DNA of 64,000 nt from the NCBI GenBank assembly GCA_963676615.1, contig OY781092.1, forward strand, positions 64,001 to 128,000, read 5' to 3'. Shown here piece after piece: positions 38,726 to 48,255 of the stretch. Each line of letters opens with the position of its first letter. Position 1 is the stretch's first letter. Source of the DNA: Candidatus Cloacimonadota bacterium. GTDB taxonomy: Bacteria; Cloacimonadota; Cloacimonadia; G963667145. The notes under the pieces were generated by a model that saw nothing but the letters and a program-made list of their open reading frames with translations, was not told where the DNA came from and searched no databases. A program made the position numbers and the translations under genes.

Positions 38726-39307
38726 TTGACCACGCTAATAGTTGGGCTAGGGAATTTAGGCGAGAAATACAAAAACACTCGGCACAATGTCGGCTTTATG
38801 CTGCTGGATAAATTGGCAGAAGACTGGGGGCTGAAGTGGCAAGATGCGGCGAATTTCTATTACGCAAAAAAAAAAGATTTCGTTTTGCTCAAACCACGCA
38901 CGATGATGAACCTCAGCGGCGTTGCTGTAAAAGATGGCGTAAAGCGGTTTGATGCAGAGCGAGTGCTAATCGTTTTTGACGATGTAAATTTGGATTTTGC
39001 CAGCCTTCGGATTCGCAAATCTGGATCTGCTGGTGGTCACAACGGTGTAAAATCGATTATCCAAAGTTTGCAAACCGACGATTTTGCGAGGTTGAGAATT
39101 GGCGTTGGTGGCGGAGAAAAAGCGAGCCTAATCGGTTATGTGCTGGGCAATTTTAACAAAGAGCAGACAGATATTTTGCCGAAAGTTTTTGAATTTTCTG
39201 CGGAGCTAGTCCAAGAGTATTTGGACTGCGATGTCGAAAAGATGCTTCAGCATTTTAGTAAAAACAAGAAAACCTATTCTGAGCAGGTGGCTCAGGATCT
39301 GAAATAG
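38726..39307 (+). CDS. pth: Peptidyl-tRNA hydrolase
   Basis: GLGNLG..Y..TRHNVGF, GGHNG. Confidence 0.96.
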   Translation: MTTLIVGLGNLGEKYKNTRHNVGFMLLDKLAEDWGLKWQDAANFYYAKKKDFVLLKPRTMMNLSGVAVKDGVKRFDAERVLIVFDDVNLDFASLRIRKSGSAGGHNGVKSIIQSLQTDDFARLRIGVGGGEKASLIGYVLGNFNKEQTDILPKVFEFSAELVQEYLDCDVEKMLQHFSKNKKTYSEQVAQDLK

Positions 39308-39324
39308 ACCAAAGGAGAAAAAAA

Positions 39325-39612
39325 ATGAACTACGAGAGTATGTTTTTAGTGAATCAGGACTTGCCAGAGGAAGAAGCCGACGGCATTAACAAAAAAGTCC
39401 TCGATTACATCGAGCAGAGCGGAGGCAACATCACCTCTAGCGAAAAAATGGGGAAGAAGCCGCTGGCTTATCCGATCAACAAAAGGGAAGCTGCCTACTA
39501 CTATCTGAACTTTTTTAGCTTGGATGTCGATAAGCTCGACGGTTTGGAAAAAATCTATCGCTACGACGAAAATGTGGTTAGATTTCTGACGACCGCCGAC
39601 TCGCAAAAGTAA
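39325..39612 (+). CDS. rpsF: 30S ribosomal protein S6
   Basis: MNYESMF...LAYPI. Confidence 0.93.
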   Translation: MNYESMFLVNQDLPEEEADGINKKVLDYIEQSGGNITSSEKMGKKPLAYPINKREAAYYYLNFFSLDVDKLDGLEKIYRYDENVVRFLTTADSQK

Positions 39613-39643
39613 GCGCTTAAAAAAGACCTGAAGGGGGAGAAAA

Positions 39644-40102
39644 ATGAGTAAGAGATTAAGAATGCCGAACATCAATGCGATAACTATCTCCGGAAGGATT
39701 ACACGAGATTTGGAGCTTCGTTATCTAAATTCTGGAACTCAGGTGGTTAATCTGCCGCTGGCTTTTTCGCGTAACTATCGAGACAAACAGGGGCAATGGC
39801 AGCAAGAGACTAGCTATATCGATGTTGTGGTGTGGAGCGCTAGCGCCGAGAGGTGTGCCCAAAATTTGAAGAAGGGCGACCCTGTGCTTGTGGAAGGAAG
39901 TCTGCGCACGAGAACTTTTACGACCAAAGACGGCAAAAACGCCAAAGTTACCGAGATTTTTGCAACTCGAGTGCACTTTTTGGAAAAAGACGACAACGCT
40001 GGGGCAAGCTATGCCAGCGACAACAGTCAGCCATCTTCTGTCGGCGAGAAAAAATTTGCTGAACCGAGTGCGGATGTGGACGACGAAAGCGTTCCATTTT
40101 AA
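39644..40102 (+). CDS. ssb: Single-stranded DNA-binding protein
   Basis: GRITRDLELR, KG..VLVEG.LR, acidic tail ending VPF. Confidence 0.96.
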   Translation: MSKRLRMPNINAITISGRITRDLELRYLNSGTQVVNLPLAFSRNYRDKQGQWQQETSYIDVVVWSASAERCAQNLKKGDPVLVEGSLRTRTFTTKDGKNAKVTEIFATRVHFLEKDDNAGASYASDNSQPSSVGEKKFAEPSADVDDESVPF

Positions 40103-40125
40103 TTTGTTAAATAAGGATTTTTATT

Positions 40126-40359
40126 ATGGCTTTTAGAAAAAAGAAAATAGTTTTTAAGAAAAAAAAATGCAAATTTTGCGAAAATAAAGAGCTTGTAATC
40201 GACTACAAAAATGTCGATTTGCTCAAAAAAATGATCGCCGAGAGCGGCAAAATTCTCTCTCGTAGATTTTCGGGAAATTGCGCCAAACACCAAAGAGCAG
40301 TAGCCAAGGAGATAAAAAAAGCAAGGCAAGTGGCTTTGCTCCCATACAAAAGAGTATGA
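40126..40359 (+). CDS. rpsR: 30S ribosomal protein S18
   Basis: CKFC...IDYKN...GKI..RR. Confidence 0.96.
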   Translation: MAFRKKKIVFKKKKCKFCENKELVIDYKNVDLLKKMIAESGKILSRRFSGNCAKHQRAVAKEIKKARQVALLPYKRV

Positions 40360-41210
40360 TTTTTCTGCTGGCAGCCGTCTTTGCGCTGATTGGTTTTCTA
40401 AATCCTTTTTTGGCGGTTGTTTATGGTGTGGGAATTGTGGGCGATAGGTTGCTCAAAAGCGGAAAACTGAACATTTTTTTCTTGGCGGCTTTTGTCTGTT
40501 TTGGGCTGATAGCCGTTTTGGGCAAGCTCAACAGAGTAGATTTTTTTGAACTGTCTTTGCTTTTGCTGGCGGTGTTTGTTTACTTTCACTTGCTTTTGGC
40601 AAAAGGCAGCTACGATTTGGCGATTTTGGGCGCTGGAGTTTTTTTCTTCGCTGGAGAGTATATCATCTTTGCAAGTTTTAACGCTCTATTTATTCAGGTG
40701 ATAGAAAAAGCTTTTAGCGCAGCGGGGCAGATGTTTGCGGGCTCAGACAATTTGCAATATTTGGATTTGGCGAAAAAAATCTATCTAAACAACTATCCGT
40801 CTTTGTATGGCGTTTTGGGTCTCGTCTCGCTATATGGCAGCTCGATTTTGCTTGGCAGAAAGCACGAAATCCCAAAGTTCGAGTTTCGCAACTTTGATCT
40901 GCCAGGCTGGATAGACTTTTGGCTCATCGGTGGCTTGCTCCTTAGTTTTTTTGGCAAAAGTTTGCCGCTGTCTTTGGGAAGCAACTTGCTGTTTTTTTTG
41001 GTCGCCTTGTATGTTTTTGTGGGAATGGGAGTCGTTTTCACCGTTTGGAAAAAATGGTTTGAAAAATCGAAAATTTTGTATGTGTTATTTTTTTTGGTAG
41101 TAGTATTAAATAATTTATTATTGTTTGTTTTATCTTTCCTAGGATTGCTTGACCGTTGGTTTGATTTTAGGAAGTTAAATAGGAGGAAAAATGAAAGTGA
41201 TTTTAACTGA
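40356..41210 (+). CDS. YybS/DUF2232 membrane protein
   Basis: Multi-TM protein ending [12 protein letters not shown]; between rpsR and rplI. Confidence 0.82.
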   Translation: MIFLLAAVFALIGFLNPFLAVVYGVGIVGDRLLKSGKLNIFFLAAFVCFGLIAVLGKLNRVDFFELSLLLLAVFVYFHLLLAKGSYDLAILGAGVFFFAGEYIIFASFNALFIQVIEKAFSAAGQMFAGSDNLQYLDLAKKIYLNNYPSLYGVLGLVSLYGSSILLGRKHEIPKFEFRNFDLPGWIDFWLIGGLLLSFFGKSLPLSLGSNLLFFLVALYVFVGMGVVFTVWKKWFEKSKILYVLFFLVVVLNNLLLFVLSFLGLLDRWFDFRKLNRRKNESDFN

Positions 41211-41730
41211 AAATTTGTATAAAGTGGGCGAAGCTGGCGGAATTGTAGAGGTGAAAAACGGTTTTGCGAGAAATTTTTTGTTGCCGAAAGGAAAAGCTGT
41301 TTTGGCGAACAAAGGAAATATGCAACGGATTGAGTCGATTAAGAAAAAAGCCGAAGAGGCAAGGCTCAAACTGTTGGCAGAGCTCAAAGAGTCGGCTTCG
41401 GTTCTCGAGGGCAAAGTTTTGGAATTTGAGATGAATTCCGACAAAGAGGGCAAGCTGTATGGTTCGGTTTCCGATGTGGAAATCATCGCTAAAATCAAAG
41501 AGCTTTTTGGTTTGGAAGTGAAAAGAAGGATGATCGAAATCCCAGAAAAGATTAAAACTGTGGGCGAATTTGAGGCGATTTTGCACTTCGGCGCGGCTGT
41601 GGATGTGAATCTCAAAGTTGTGGTAAAAAACAGCGAGTTGGAGATTTTGGAGCAAACTCAAGAAGAAGAGGGCGAGCCAGAATCTGGGCAAGAGGAAGCC
41701 GCTGAAACTGCGGAAACTGAGGAAGCGTAA
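41191..41730 (+). CDS. rplI: 50S ribosomal protein L9
   Basis: MKVIL...VKNGFARNFLLP, GKLYGSV. Confidence 0.96.
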   Translation: MKVILTENLYKVGEAGGIVEVKNGFARNFLLPKGKAVLANKGNMQRIESIKKKAEEARLKLLAELKESASVLEGKVLEFEMNSDKEGKLYGSVSDVEIIAKIKELFGLEVKRRMIEIPEKIKTVGEFEAILHFGAAVDVNLKVVVKNSELEILEQTQEEEGEPESGQEEAAETAETEEA

Positions 41731-41739
41731 TCTTTTTTC

Positions 41740-42066
41740 GTGGGGAAAATTAAGAAATTTAACGCTCAATCTTTCCTTTTGAAAGTTGCGGGCGAAAAAT
41801 ATCGCGATTTTGCTTTGATTTTGCTGCATTGGCGAGCTTGTGTCGGCAAAGGAATGGACGCTCGCAGTCGTGTGGAAAAATTTGAAAATGGCATTTTGTA
41901 TATTTCTGTAGTCGATAACAATTGGCTACAGGAATTTTTTTTATTAAAACAAGATATTTTGGATCGGCTGCACGAGCGGACTGGTCTTGCGTTGCGGGAT
42001 GTGATTTTTTATCTGAAAAATAATCGGGAGGATTATCGATGGCTGAGGACAAAAAAACGCTTGTAG
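41740..42066 (+). CDS. DUF721/DciA-like protein
   Basis: W...VG...GILYISV....W.QE. Confidence 0.72.
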   Translation: MGKIKKFNAQSFLLKVAGEKYRDFALILLHWRACVGKGMDARSRVEKFENGILYISVVDNNWLQEFFLLKQDILDRLHERTGLALRDVIFYLKNNREDYRWLRTKKRL

Positions 42067-42680
42067 CACCGTCTTTGTTGGCTTCAGATTTTTGCGACTT
42101 GAAGCAGGAACTGAAAAAGCTGGCGCAGGCGGATATGCTGCATTTGGACATTATGGACAATCATTTTGTGCCAAATCTGACTTTTGGATTTCCTGTGATA
42201 CAGGCGATTCGGGACAACACAAAACTCCCTTTGGATGCGCATTTGATGGTCGAGCGGCCAGAAGATTATGTGCAAAAATTGGCGGAAATTGGCGTGGAGT
42301 ATATCTCTTTTCATCTTGAAGCCACAGTGCACTCGCATCGGCTGCTTAATCAGATAAAATCTTTGGGGATAAAAGCTGGAGTGGCGATAAATCCAGGCAC
42401 GGCGGTGAGTTTGCTGCAGCCACTTTTGGCGGAGGTCGATTTTGTGCTGCTGATGAGTGTCAATCCTGGCTTTGGCGGGCAATCTTTTTTGCCGCTGGTT
42501 TACGATAAATTGGCGTATCTTGCGCCATATAAAAAGAAGCACCAGTTTCAGATTCAGGTGGATGGCGGTGTGAGCGATAAAAACGCAAAAGATTTGGTGC
42601 AAGCTGGGGTCGATATTTTGGTGGCTGGCAGTTTCGTTTTTAGGGGCGATTACAGCGAAAAAATTGGGTTGTTGAAATAA
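42039..42680 (+). CDS. rpe: Ribulose-phosphate 3-epimerase
   Basis: APSLL, HLDIMD.HFVPN, MSVNPGFGGQ, VDGG. Confidence 0.97.
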   Translation: MAEDKKTLVAPSLLASDFCDLKQELKKLAQADMLHLDIMDNHFVPNLTFGFPVIQAIRDNTKLPLDAHLMVERPEDYVQKLAEIGVEYISFHLEATVHSHRLLNQIKSLGIKAGVAINPGTAVSLLQPLLAEVDFVLLMSVNPGFGGQSFLPLVYDKLAYLAPYKKKHQFQIQVDGGVSDKNAKDLVQAGVDILVAGSFVFRGDYSEKIGLLK

Positions 42681-42800
42681 GGTCGTTGGAGAGGCTGGGT
42701 TTTAGAAATTGTTTAGCGGTGAAGGCTATGGTCGTTTTAGTGGAATGTGGCTTTATTATAGGTTCGATTTTGTAGATTCCTTATTTCCAGACTTCTTATT

Positions 42801-42870
42801 TACTAACGATTAAGCACCTGCAACTTTGGAGCGTAGCGGAAAAGCGGTCAGGAGGAGCGCCTTGTTAGGA
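42801..42870 (-). other. attC-like integron recombination site (degenerate L box)
   Basis: Minus strand TCCTAAC-AAGGC-GCTCCTCCTGAC...CGCTACGCT...GCAGGTGC-TTAATC-GTTAGTA at the 3' end of the EamA gene. Confidence 0.68.
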
Positions 42871-43757
42871 GATTTGGCAACCCGTTCTGACTAATGTAAA
42901 CACCTAATAGTATAACTATTGAACCAATAATTTGACTTAAAATTGGTTTTTCTTTCAATATAAGAACAGACAAAATAATAGTAACTATTGGAACCAAATT
43001 AATAAAAGCTGATGCTTTAGATGCTCCTACTTTATTTATACCCTCATTAAAAAATACATATGCAAGCACAGATGCCCCAAGTGACAATAAGATTATTGAA
43101 ATTAATTCTGCAAAGGAAAAAGACCAGCTCATGTTTGTATATTTCAAATCATAAATCAGCCAAAATAATATGACTATGCTTCCATACATAAAAATTAAAA
43201 AAAGTTTCATATATTGCGACTTAAAATTAAATTGGAATTTTTTTTAGTAAAACATTATAAATACCGAAGCACAATGTTCCAATCAACAGCAATATATCAC
43301 CGAAATTATAATTTGAATTAATGATAACAGATAATTCTAGATTGCTAATGATGATGATAACTCCGACATAAGCTATTATAAATCCTATAGTATTTTCTAA
43401 ATGAAATTTCTCTTCACCCATTGACACTGAAATAGCAAGAGTGACCAATGGTATTGTTGCTTCAAGTAATCCAGCATTAAATGCACTACTATAGTTCAGC
43501 CCTTCGAAGTAAAAATAGTAACATAATGCAATCCCGATAAAGCCAAGAACAGCTAACTTTACATGCTCAAAAAATGTCACCTTTGAAAAATGCTTTCTAT
43601 TTGTGAGCAGAAATAAGCCAAGAATAATGAAGGCCAAAAAAAATCTTAGAAATGTAACCTGAGACGGCAATGCCGTTTCTAATAATATTTTTCCTGCAAT
43701 TGCCGAAGAACCCCAAAATATTGCAGCAAATATTAATTTAATATGAACTAATTGCAT
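42848..43757 (-). pseudogene. EamA/DMT transporter, frameshifted in an A8 run
   Basis: AAIFWG...RF, GDILLL, ASAFINLVP; removing one base at 43238-43245 joins the two ORFs. Confidence 0.85.
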
Positions 43758-43845
43758 AACACCTCCTTGTTAATTCCCATTTCACTCAAAAAAACGACCA
43801 AAACATTTTGTCAAAGATTTTCTCCACTCGCTGTCAAAAGTGAAC

Positions 43846-46038
43846 TTATTTTTTCGAAAACTCGAAAGAGTCGAAATTGTAGCCGAGAGAAAAGTAGAAA
43901 AATGTGTCGGCGTCTCCGTTGATTGACGCGCTGATTTTGGTGGTGAAAAACGGCTGATAGTAGGTCAGCGTTGTGCCATAGCCTTTGCGGTAGGTGCTGT
44001 ATTTTTGGGTGAAAACATTCCAGTAATCTTTGTTTCGCAGGTCGGCGAAGTTCGCGCCGATGTCCCAGTATAGGTTCGATTTGCCCTTAAAGCGCATCCC
44101 GAGGTAGCCCAGCTTGTAAACGGGGGTGATAATCGAGTTGGTCTCGGCGCCCAAAAAGTTGTCGATTCCTCCCAAATAGAAGGGGTCGTGCTCTAGCGGC
44201 AGAGGGCTGTTGGTGGAGAGGTTGCCGTATTCCAGCTTGATTTTCACGCTAAACTTGTCGCTGACAAAAGGAATGAGCTTGTCGTATTTGACCAAAAATT
44301 TTTGGTAATCGGCGTCGCTTTTCAGGCTCTTGTTGCTAAAATGGAACTTCGACAAAATCGACTCGCCGTCCATCGGCATATACGAATCGTCCAGATATTC
44401 GTAGTAAACTTTCACGCCTAAACCGTTGGTAACAAAGCTGTTATCTGCAAGTCCATACTGTCGAACATCCTCGTCGAAATGCGACAGATAGTAAAAATAG
44501 TAGCCCTCCAAAATCGTCGATTTGTTGGTGTACATCCCGACTCCCAGCGTGGCGTTGGTCTCCTGCTTCTCTTTTCGCCGTGTCTGGTCGAAATCGTTTT
44601 TGTCATAAAGGTGAAACGGCTGTTTTTGATACGAGCCGAAAGTTCGCAAATATGCGCCCCAGCGGTTGCCGAAATTTTTCACAAAGTCAAGATCTGCCTC
44701 GGTTTTTCCGCCGAACTCGAAATTTGCCAGAAGGTTGGAGTTGTTCAAAATTCGGTTGTTCACTCGCAGCAAAGCTCCCAGCGAAAGTTTGGTAAAGTCG
44801 TTGTATTTCGCGTAAAATCCGACTTTTTGGCGCAATTTTTCCTTCACGACGATGACCAAATTTTCGTCGTCCAAAAGTGGATAGCAGTATTCAAAATAGT
44901 CGGTGTCGTAGAGCTCCTTGCAAATTTGCAGCACATCTTTTTTGGAGGTGATTTTATTTTTGTCCAAATTTACCAAACTAAAAATCGTCTTCTGACTTAA
45001 GTGTTTATTCCCTCGAACGCTCACTTTTTCCAATTTCAGCGGTTTGGCAGAGTTTTTGAACTCTCGTTTTTTTTGCTGAAGTTGCTTAAATTTTTGTGGA
45101 TTGCTGAGTTTTTTTAGCTCATCAATGTGCTTTAGCGCCTCTTGTTTGCCAGCGCCGATAAGGCTTGTCGCTTTTTCAAAATCCAAAATGAACGCGCTCT
45201 CCTTCGACCTTGGATAAATCAAAATGGTGACATCTTTTTCGGCTCGCTCGACATTCCCGTTAATGCTCACGCCGATCGATTTTTGCAGCACCGAAATCAA
45301 ATCTTCCTTTTTGTCCTGCTCAACATCGAAAGTCGTCTTCACGCCGATAATCGTCGGCACGCCTTTTTTCGCCAAATCGCCAGCGGGCAGATTGTCCAAA
45401 AGTCCGCCATCGACAAAAGTGTTCGAGTCCAGCCGCATCGGGCTAAAAATCGACGGTAGGCTCATCGACGCACGCAGCGCCTGATGCAGATGCCCTTTGT
45501 CCAAAACGACAGATTTTGTGTTGGTCAAGTCGGTAGTTTTGCAAAAAAATGGAATTGGCAATTGGCTGAAATCGCGGACGGAATGCGCAGGATAGGTCAT
45601 ATCGAAAAATTTGTTGATAATGTGCGAGCCGTGCAAAATTCCGCTGGGCAGTAGCGGCGTAAAGTTGTCCGAGAGCTGTAAATACAGCGCCGTAAAAGGC
45701 TTCCAGCGCTTTTTACTTCCCGCAAAATCTTGTCGGGAAATTGCTTCGTTAAAAAGTTTTTGCCAGTCGGTTTGCAAAAAAAGTTCCTGGATTTCGTCGC
45801 CCGAATAACCGCAGGCGTATAGCGCCCCGATGATAGAGCCCATGCTGGTTCCCGAGATTATGTCGATGGGAATTTGCAAGCTGTCGATAACCTGCAAAAC
45901 GCCGATTTGGGAAACGCTTTTTGCGCCACCGCCAGACAGAGCCAGCCCGATTTGCGTGCTTTTGGCTCGCAGTGGAAGTGTGCAGCAGAGCAAAAAAAGC
46001 AGCAGCGTTAGCGCTCTAGCAGCTTTTCTTTTGTCCAT
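43846..46038 (-). CDS. Patatin-like phospholipase with POTRA and beta-barrel (PlpD/type Vd-like)
   Basis: Signal peptide, LSGGGAK, GTSMG, DGG, VSVRGNK POTRA start, barrel C-terminus. Confidence 0.88.
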   Translation of the reverse strand: MDKRKAARALTLLLFLLCCTLPLRAKSTQIGLALSGGGAKSVSQIGVLQVIDSLQIPIDIISGTSMGSIIGALYACGYSGDEIQELFLQTDWQKLFNEAISRQDFAGSKKRWKPFTALYLQLSDNFTPLLPSGILHGSHIINKFFDMTYPAHSVRDFSQLPIPFFCKTTDLTNTKSVVLDKGHLHQALRASMSLPSIFSPMRLDSNTFVDGGLLDNLPAGDLAKKGVPTIIGVKTTFDVEQDKKEDLISVLQKSIGVSINGNVERAEKDVTILIYPRSKESAFILDFEKATSLIGAGKQEALKHIDELKKLSNPQKFKQLQQKKREFKNSAKPLKLEKVSVRGNKHLSQKTIFSLVNLDKNKITSKKDVLQICKELYDTDYFEYCYPLLDDENLVIVVKEKLRQKVGFYAKYNDFTKLSLGALLRVNNRILNNSNLLANFEFGGKTEADLDFVKNFGNRWGAYLRTFGSYQKQPFHLYDKNDFDQTRRKEKQETNATLGVGMYTNKSTILEGYYFYYLSHFDEDVRQYGLADNSFVTNGLGVKVYYEYLDDSYMPMDGESILSKFHFSNKSLKSDADYQKFLVKYDKLIPFVSDKFSVKIKLEYGNLSTNSPLPLEHDPFYLGGIDNFLGAETNSIITPVYKLGYLGMRFKGKSNLYWDIGANFADLRNKDYWNVFTQKYSTYRKGYGTTLTYYQPFFTTKISASINGDADTFFYFSLGYNFDSFEFSKK

Positions 46039-47432
46039 AAAATTGCGTCGTCGATCAGTTTTTGCGGAAAAATCGGAATCTCTTGGGTGTATTTTTTGAT
46101 GCGAGCAATATCTTTTTGATACTCTGCACAAAGTTCTTCGGGGTCGATATCTTTTTGATTTAGCCCTTTTTGGACAATCTCGCGCGAAACATTTTTGAGC
46201 AAATTTGGCACCAGCCGTTTGTCTTCCATCAGCGGCACGATTTTGTCCGCTGTAAGCTCTTCGTTTTCGAGTGTATTAGCGATAGTTTTTGCCGCGGCAA
46301 GAGCCATAGAATCGGTGATTTTTGTCGCCGAAGTTTCGATTACCGCTTTGAGCAAACCGGGGAAAACCAACGAGTTGTTGAGCTGATTTGGGAAGTCGCT
46401 TCTGCCCGTGGCAACGATTTCTGCGCCCGCTTTTTTCGCCTCTTCGGGATAAATCTCGGGCACTGGATTTGCGCAGGCGAAAACGATTGCCCGCTGGCTC
46501 ATTTGGGCGACCATCTTTTGCGTGATTGTGCCTGGGGCAGAGACGCCGATGGCGATGTCTGCGTTTTGAAAAGCTTCGGTCTGCGAGTCGATTTTATCTT
46601 TGTTCGTAATTTTGCAAAGCCGCCATTGCTTGAAAAATTGTGGGTCGTCGCGAAAATCTTTCCTGCCTGAATGCAATCCGCCGTCTTGGTCGAAAACGAA
46701 CAACTTTTCTGGATTTGCGCCTGCTTTGAGTAGGTATTCGGCGATTTGGCTGCCAGCGGCGCCAGCTCCGACCAAAACGATTTTTACCTCGTCTATTTTT
46801 TTTTCGACCAGCTTCAGCGAGTTGTAAATTCCCGCCAAAATTGTGCAGGCAGTCCCTTGTGCATCGTCGTGCCACACGGGGATTTTCAGCTGCTCTTGTA
46901 AAGTTTTCAGGACGGTGTAGCAGTTCGGCTGGCTGATATCTTCCAGGTTAATCGCGGCAAAACTCGGGCTACACGCCTTGACCGTTTCGACAATTTTTTG
47001 CGCACTGTGCTCGCCGTTTTCGTTGTAGGAATCGATGCAGAGAGGCACGGCGTCAACGCCAGCTAAATATTTGAGCAGCAAAGCTTTACCCTCCATAACG
47101 CCCATTCCTCCAGATGGTGTGCAGTCGCCGTCGCCCAGCACGCGCGTGGAGTCGGAAACAATCGCCACGGTTTTCCCCTTGCAAGTCAGCCGATTCGCCA
47201 TTTGGTTGTTTTCTCTGATTTGACACGAAACCTCGGACACGCCCGGCGTGTACCACAGGCTAAAACTCTCGGCACCCCAAATCGGCACTTTAGGCATTAT
47301 CTCCAATTTTCCCTGAAAATTGCGATGCAGCAAAAACGATAACCGTTTGTAAAACAAAGTTTTAGCCGCATTAAGTGAGCCTTTGTTGAACTCTTGTTTC
47401 AATCTTTTTTCGAGTTTAATATTTTCAGACAC
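46008..47432 (-). CDS. NAD(P)-dependent malic enzyme
   Basis: YTPGV, VMEGKA, NLEDI, HDDAQGT, GAGAAG, ANPVPE, TGRSDFPNQ. Confidence 0.94.
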   Translation of the reverse strand: MSENIKLEKRLKQEFNKGSLNAAKTLFYKRLSFLLHRNFQGKLEIMPKVPIWGAESFSLWYTPGVSEVSCQIRENNQMANRLTCKGKTVAIVSDSTRVLGDGDCTPSGGMGVMEGKALLLKYLAGVDAVPLCIDSYNENGEHSAQKIVETVKACSPSFAAINLEDISQPNCYTVLKTLQEQLKIPVWHDDAQGTACTILAGIYNSLKLVEKKIDEVKIVLVGAGAAGSQIAEYLLKAGANPEKLFVFDQDGGLHSGRKDFRDDPQFFKQWRLCKITNKDKIDSQTEAFQNADIAIGVSAPGTITQKMVAQMSQRAIVFACANPVPEIYPEEAKKAGAEIVATGRSDFPNQLNNSLVFPGLLKAVIETSATKITDSMALAAAKTIANTLENEELTADKIVPLMEDKRLVPNLLKNVSREIVQKGLNQKDIDPEELCAEYQKDIARIKKYTQEIPIFPQKLIDDAILWTKEKLLER

Positions 47433-47487
47433 CGATAGCTCCTATTTGACGAAAAAGTTTTTTCGCCTTGTGATAAAATTAAATGTT

Positions 47488-48249
47488 TCAACCATTTTTT
47501 TTCTTTTGGGAAAGCTCGTAAAGTGCTATTCCGCAACAAATTCCGACATTTAGCGAATTTTTCCACCCTTGCAGCTCGATTTGATAAACCGCATCGCAAA
47601 GCCGCAAAGTCTGCTCGTCAATTCCCAAAGCTTCGTTGCCCAGCACCAAAGCCGTCGGGCGGTCGAACTTCGCACAAGACAGCGGCAGCGAGCCAGTTGT
47701 CGTCTCCAAAGCGTAAATCGCATAGCCGACTTTTCTGCACGCCAAAATAGCTTCGCTCGTGCTACTAAAGTTCGCTGTATCAAGCCGTTGCCAGCAGCCC
47801 ATCGAAGTTTTTTGCACCTTGGGATTTTGCAAATCGGGCGTCACTCCGCAAAAGCAAACTTTTTGGATGTTAAAGCATTCCGCAGTTCGCAAAATCGCTC
47901 CCACATTGAAAGCGGAACGCAGGTTGTCCAAAATCAAAACGAGCGGCAACTTTTCGCTTTTCCTCGAACTTTTTTCGCCGTCTTTGTTCAAAATTTGGTA
48001 ATCTCTTTTGTAGATTTGGTGTGAATTTTCTAGTTCGGCAAGGCTATAAAAAAAAGTTCGCTTATTGCAAAAATCCACTTTCGAAAAATCGCTATCAGCT
48101 ATAAAATTCAGACGGTTATACTCGGCAATTTTTTCTTGTCTTGTAGAAATGTCGTCCCAGCAATTTTCGATTTGTTGGAGTAAATCGAAAAGTTTTTTTT
48201 TCTGTTTTTCCGTGCTAAAAGAGCGAAACTTTTTTTGGGAAAAACTCAT
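47488..48249 (-). CDS. TrmH/SpoU RNA methyltransferase
   Basis: LDNLRSAFNVGAILRT, LGNEALG, SLNV. Confidence 0.92.
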   Translation of the reverse strand: MSFSQKKFRSFSTEKQKKKLFDLLQQIENCWDDISTRQEKIAEYNRLNFIADSDFSKVDFCNKRTFFYSLAELENSHQIYKRDYQILNKDGEKSSRKSEKLPLVLILDNLRSAFNVGAILRTAECFNIQKVCFCGVTPDLQNPKVQKTSMGCWQRLDTANFSSTSEAILACRKVGYAIYALETTTGSLPLSCAKFDRPTALVLGNEALGIDEQTLRLCDAVYQIELQGWKNSLNVGICCGIALYELSQKKKNG

Positions 48250-48255
48250 AAAATT

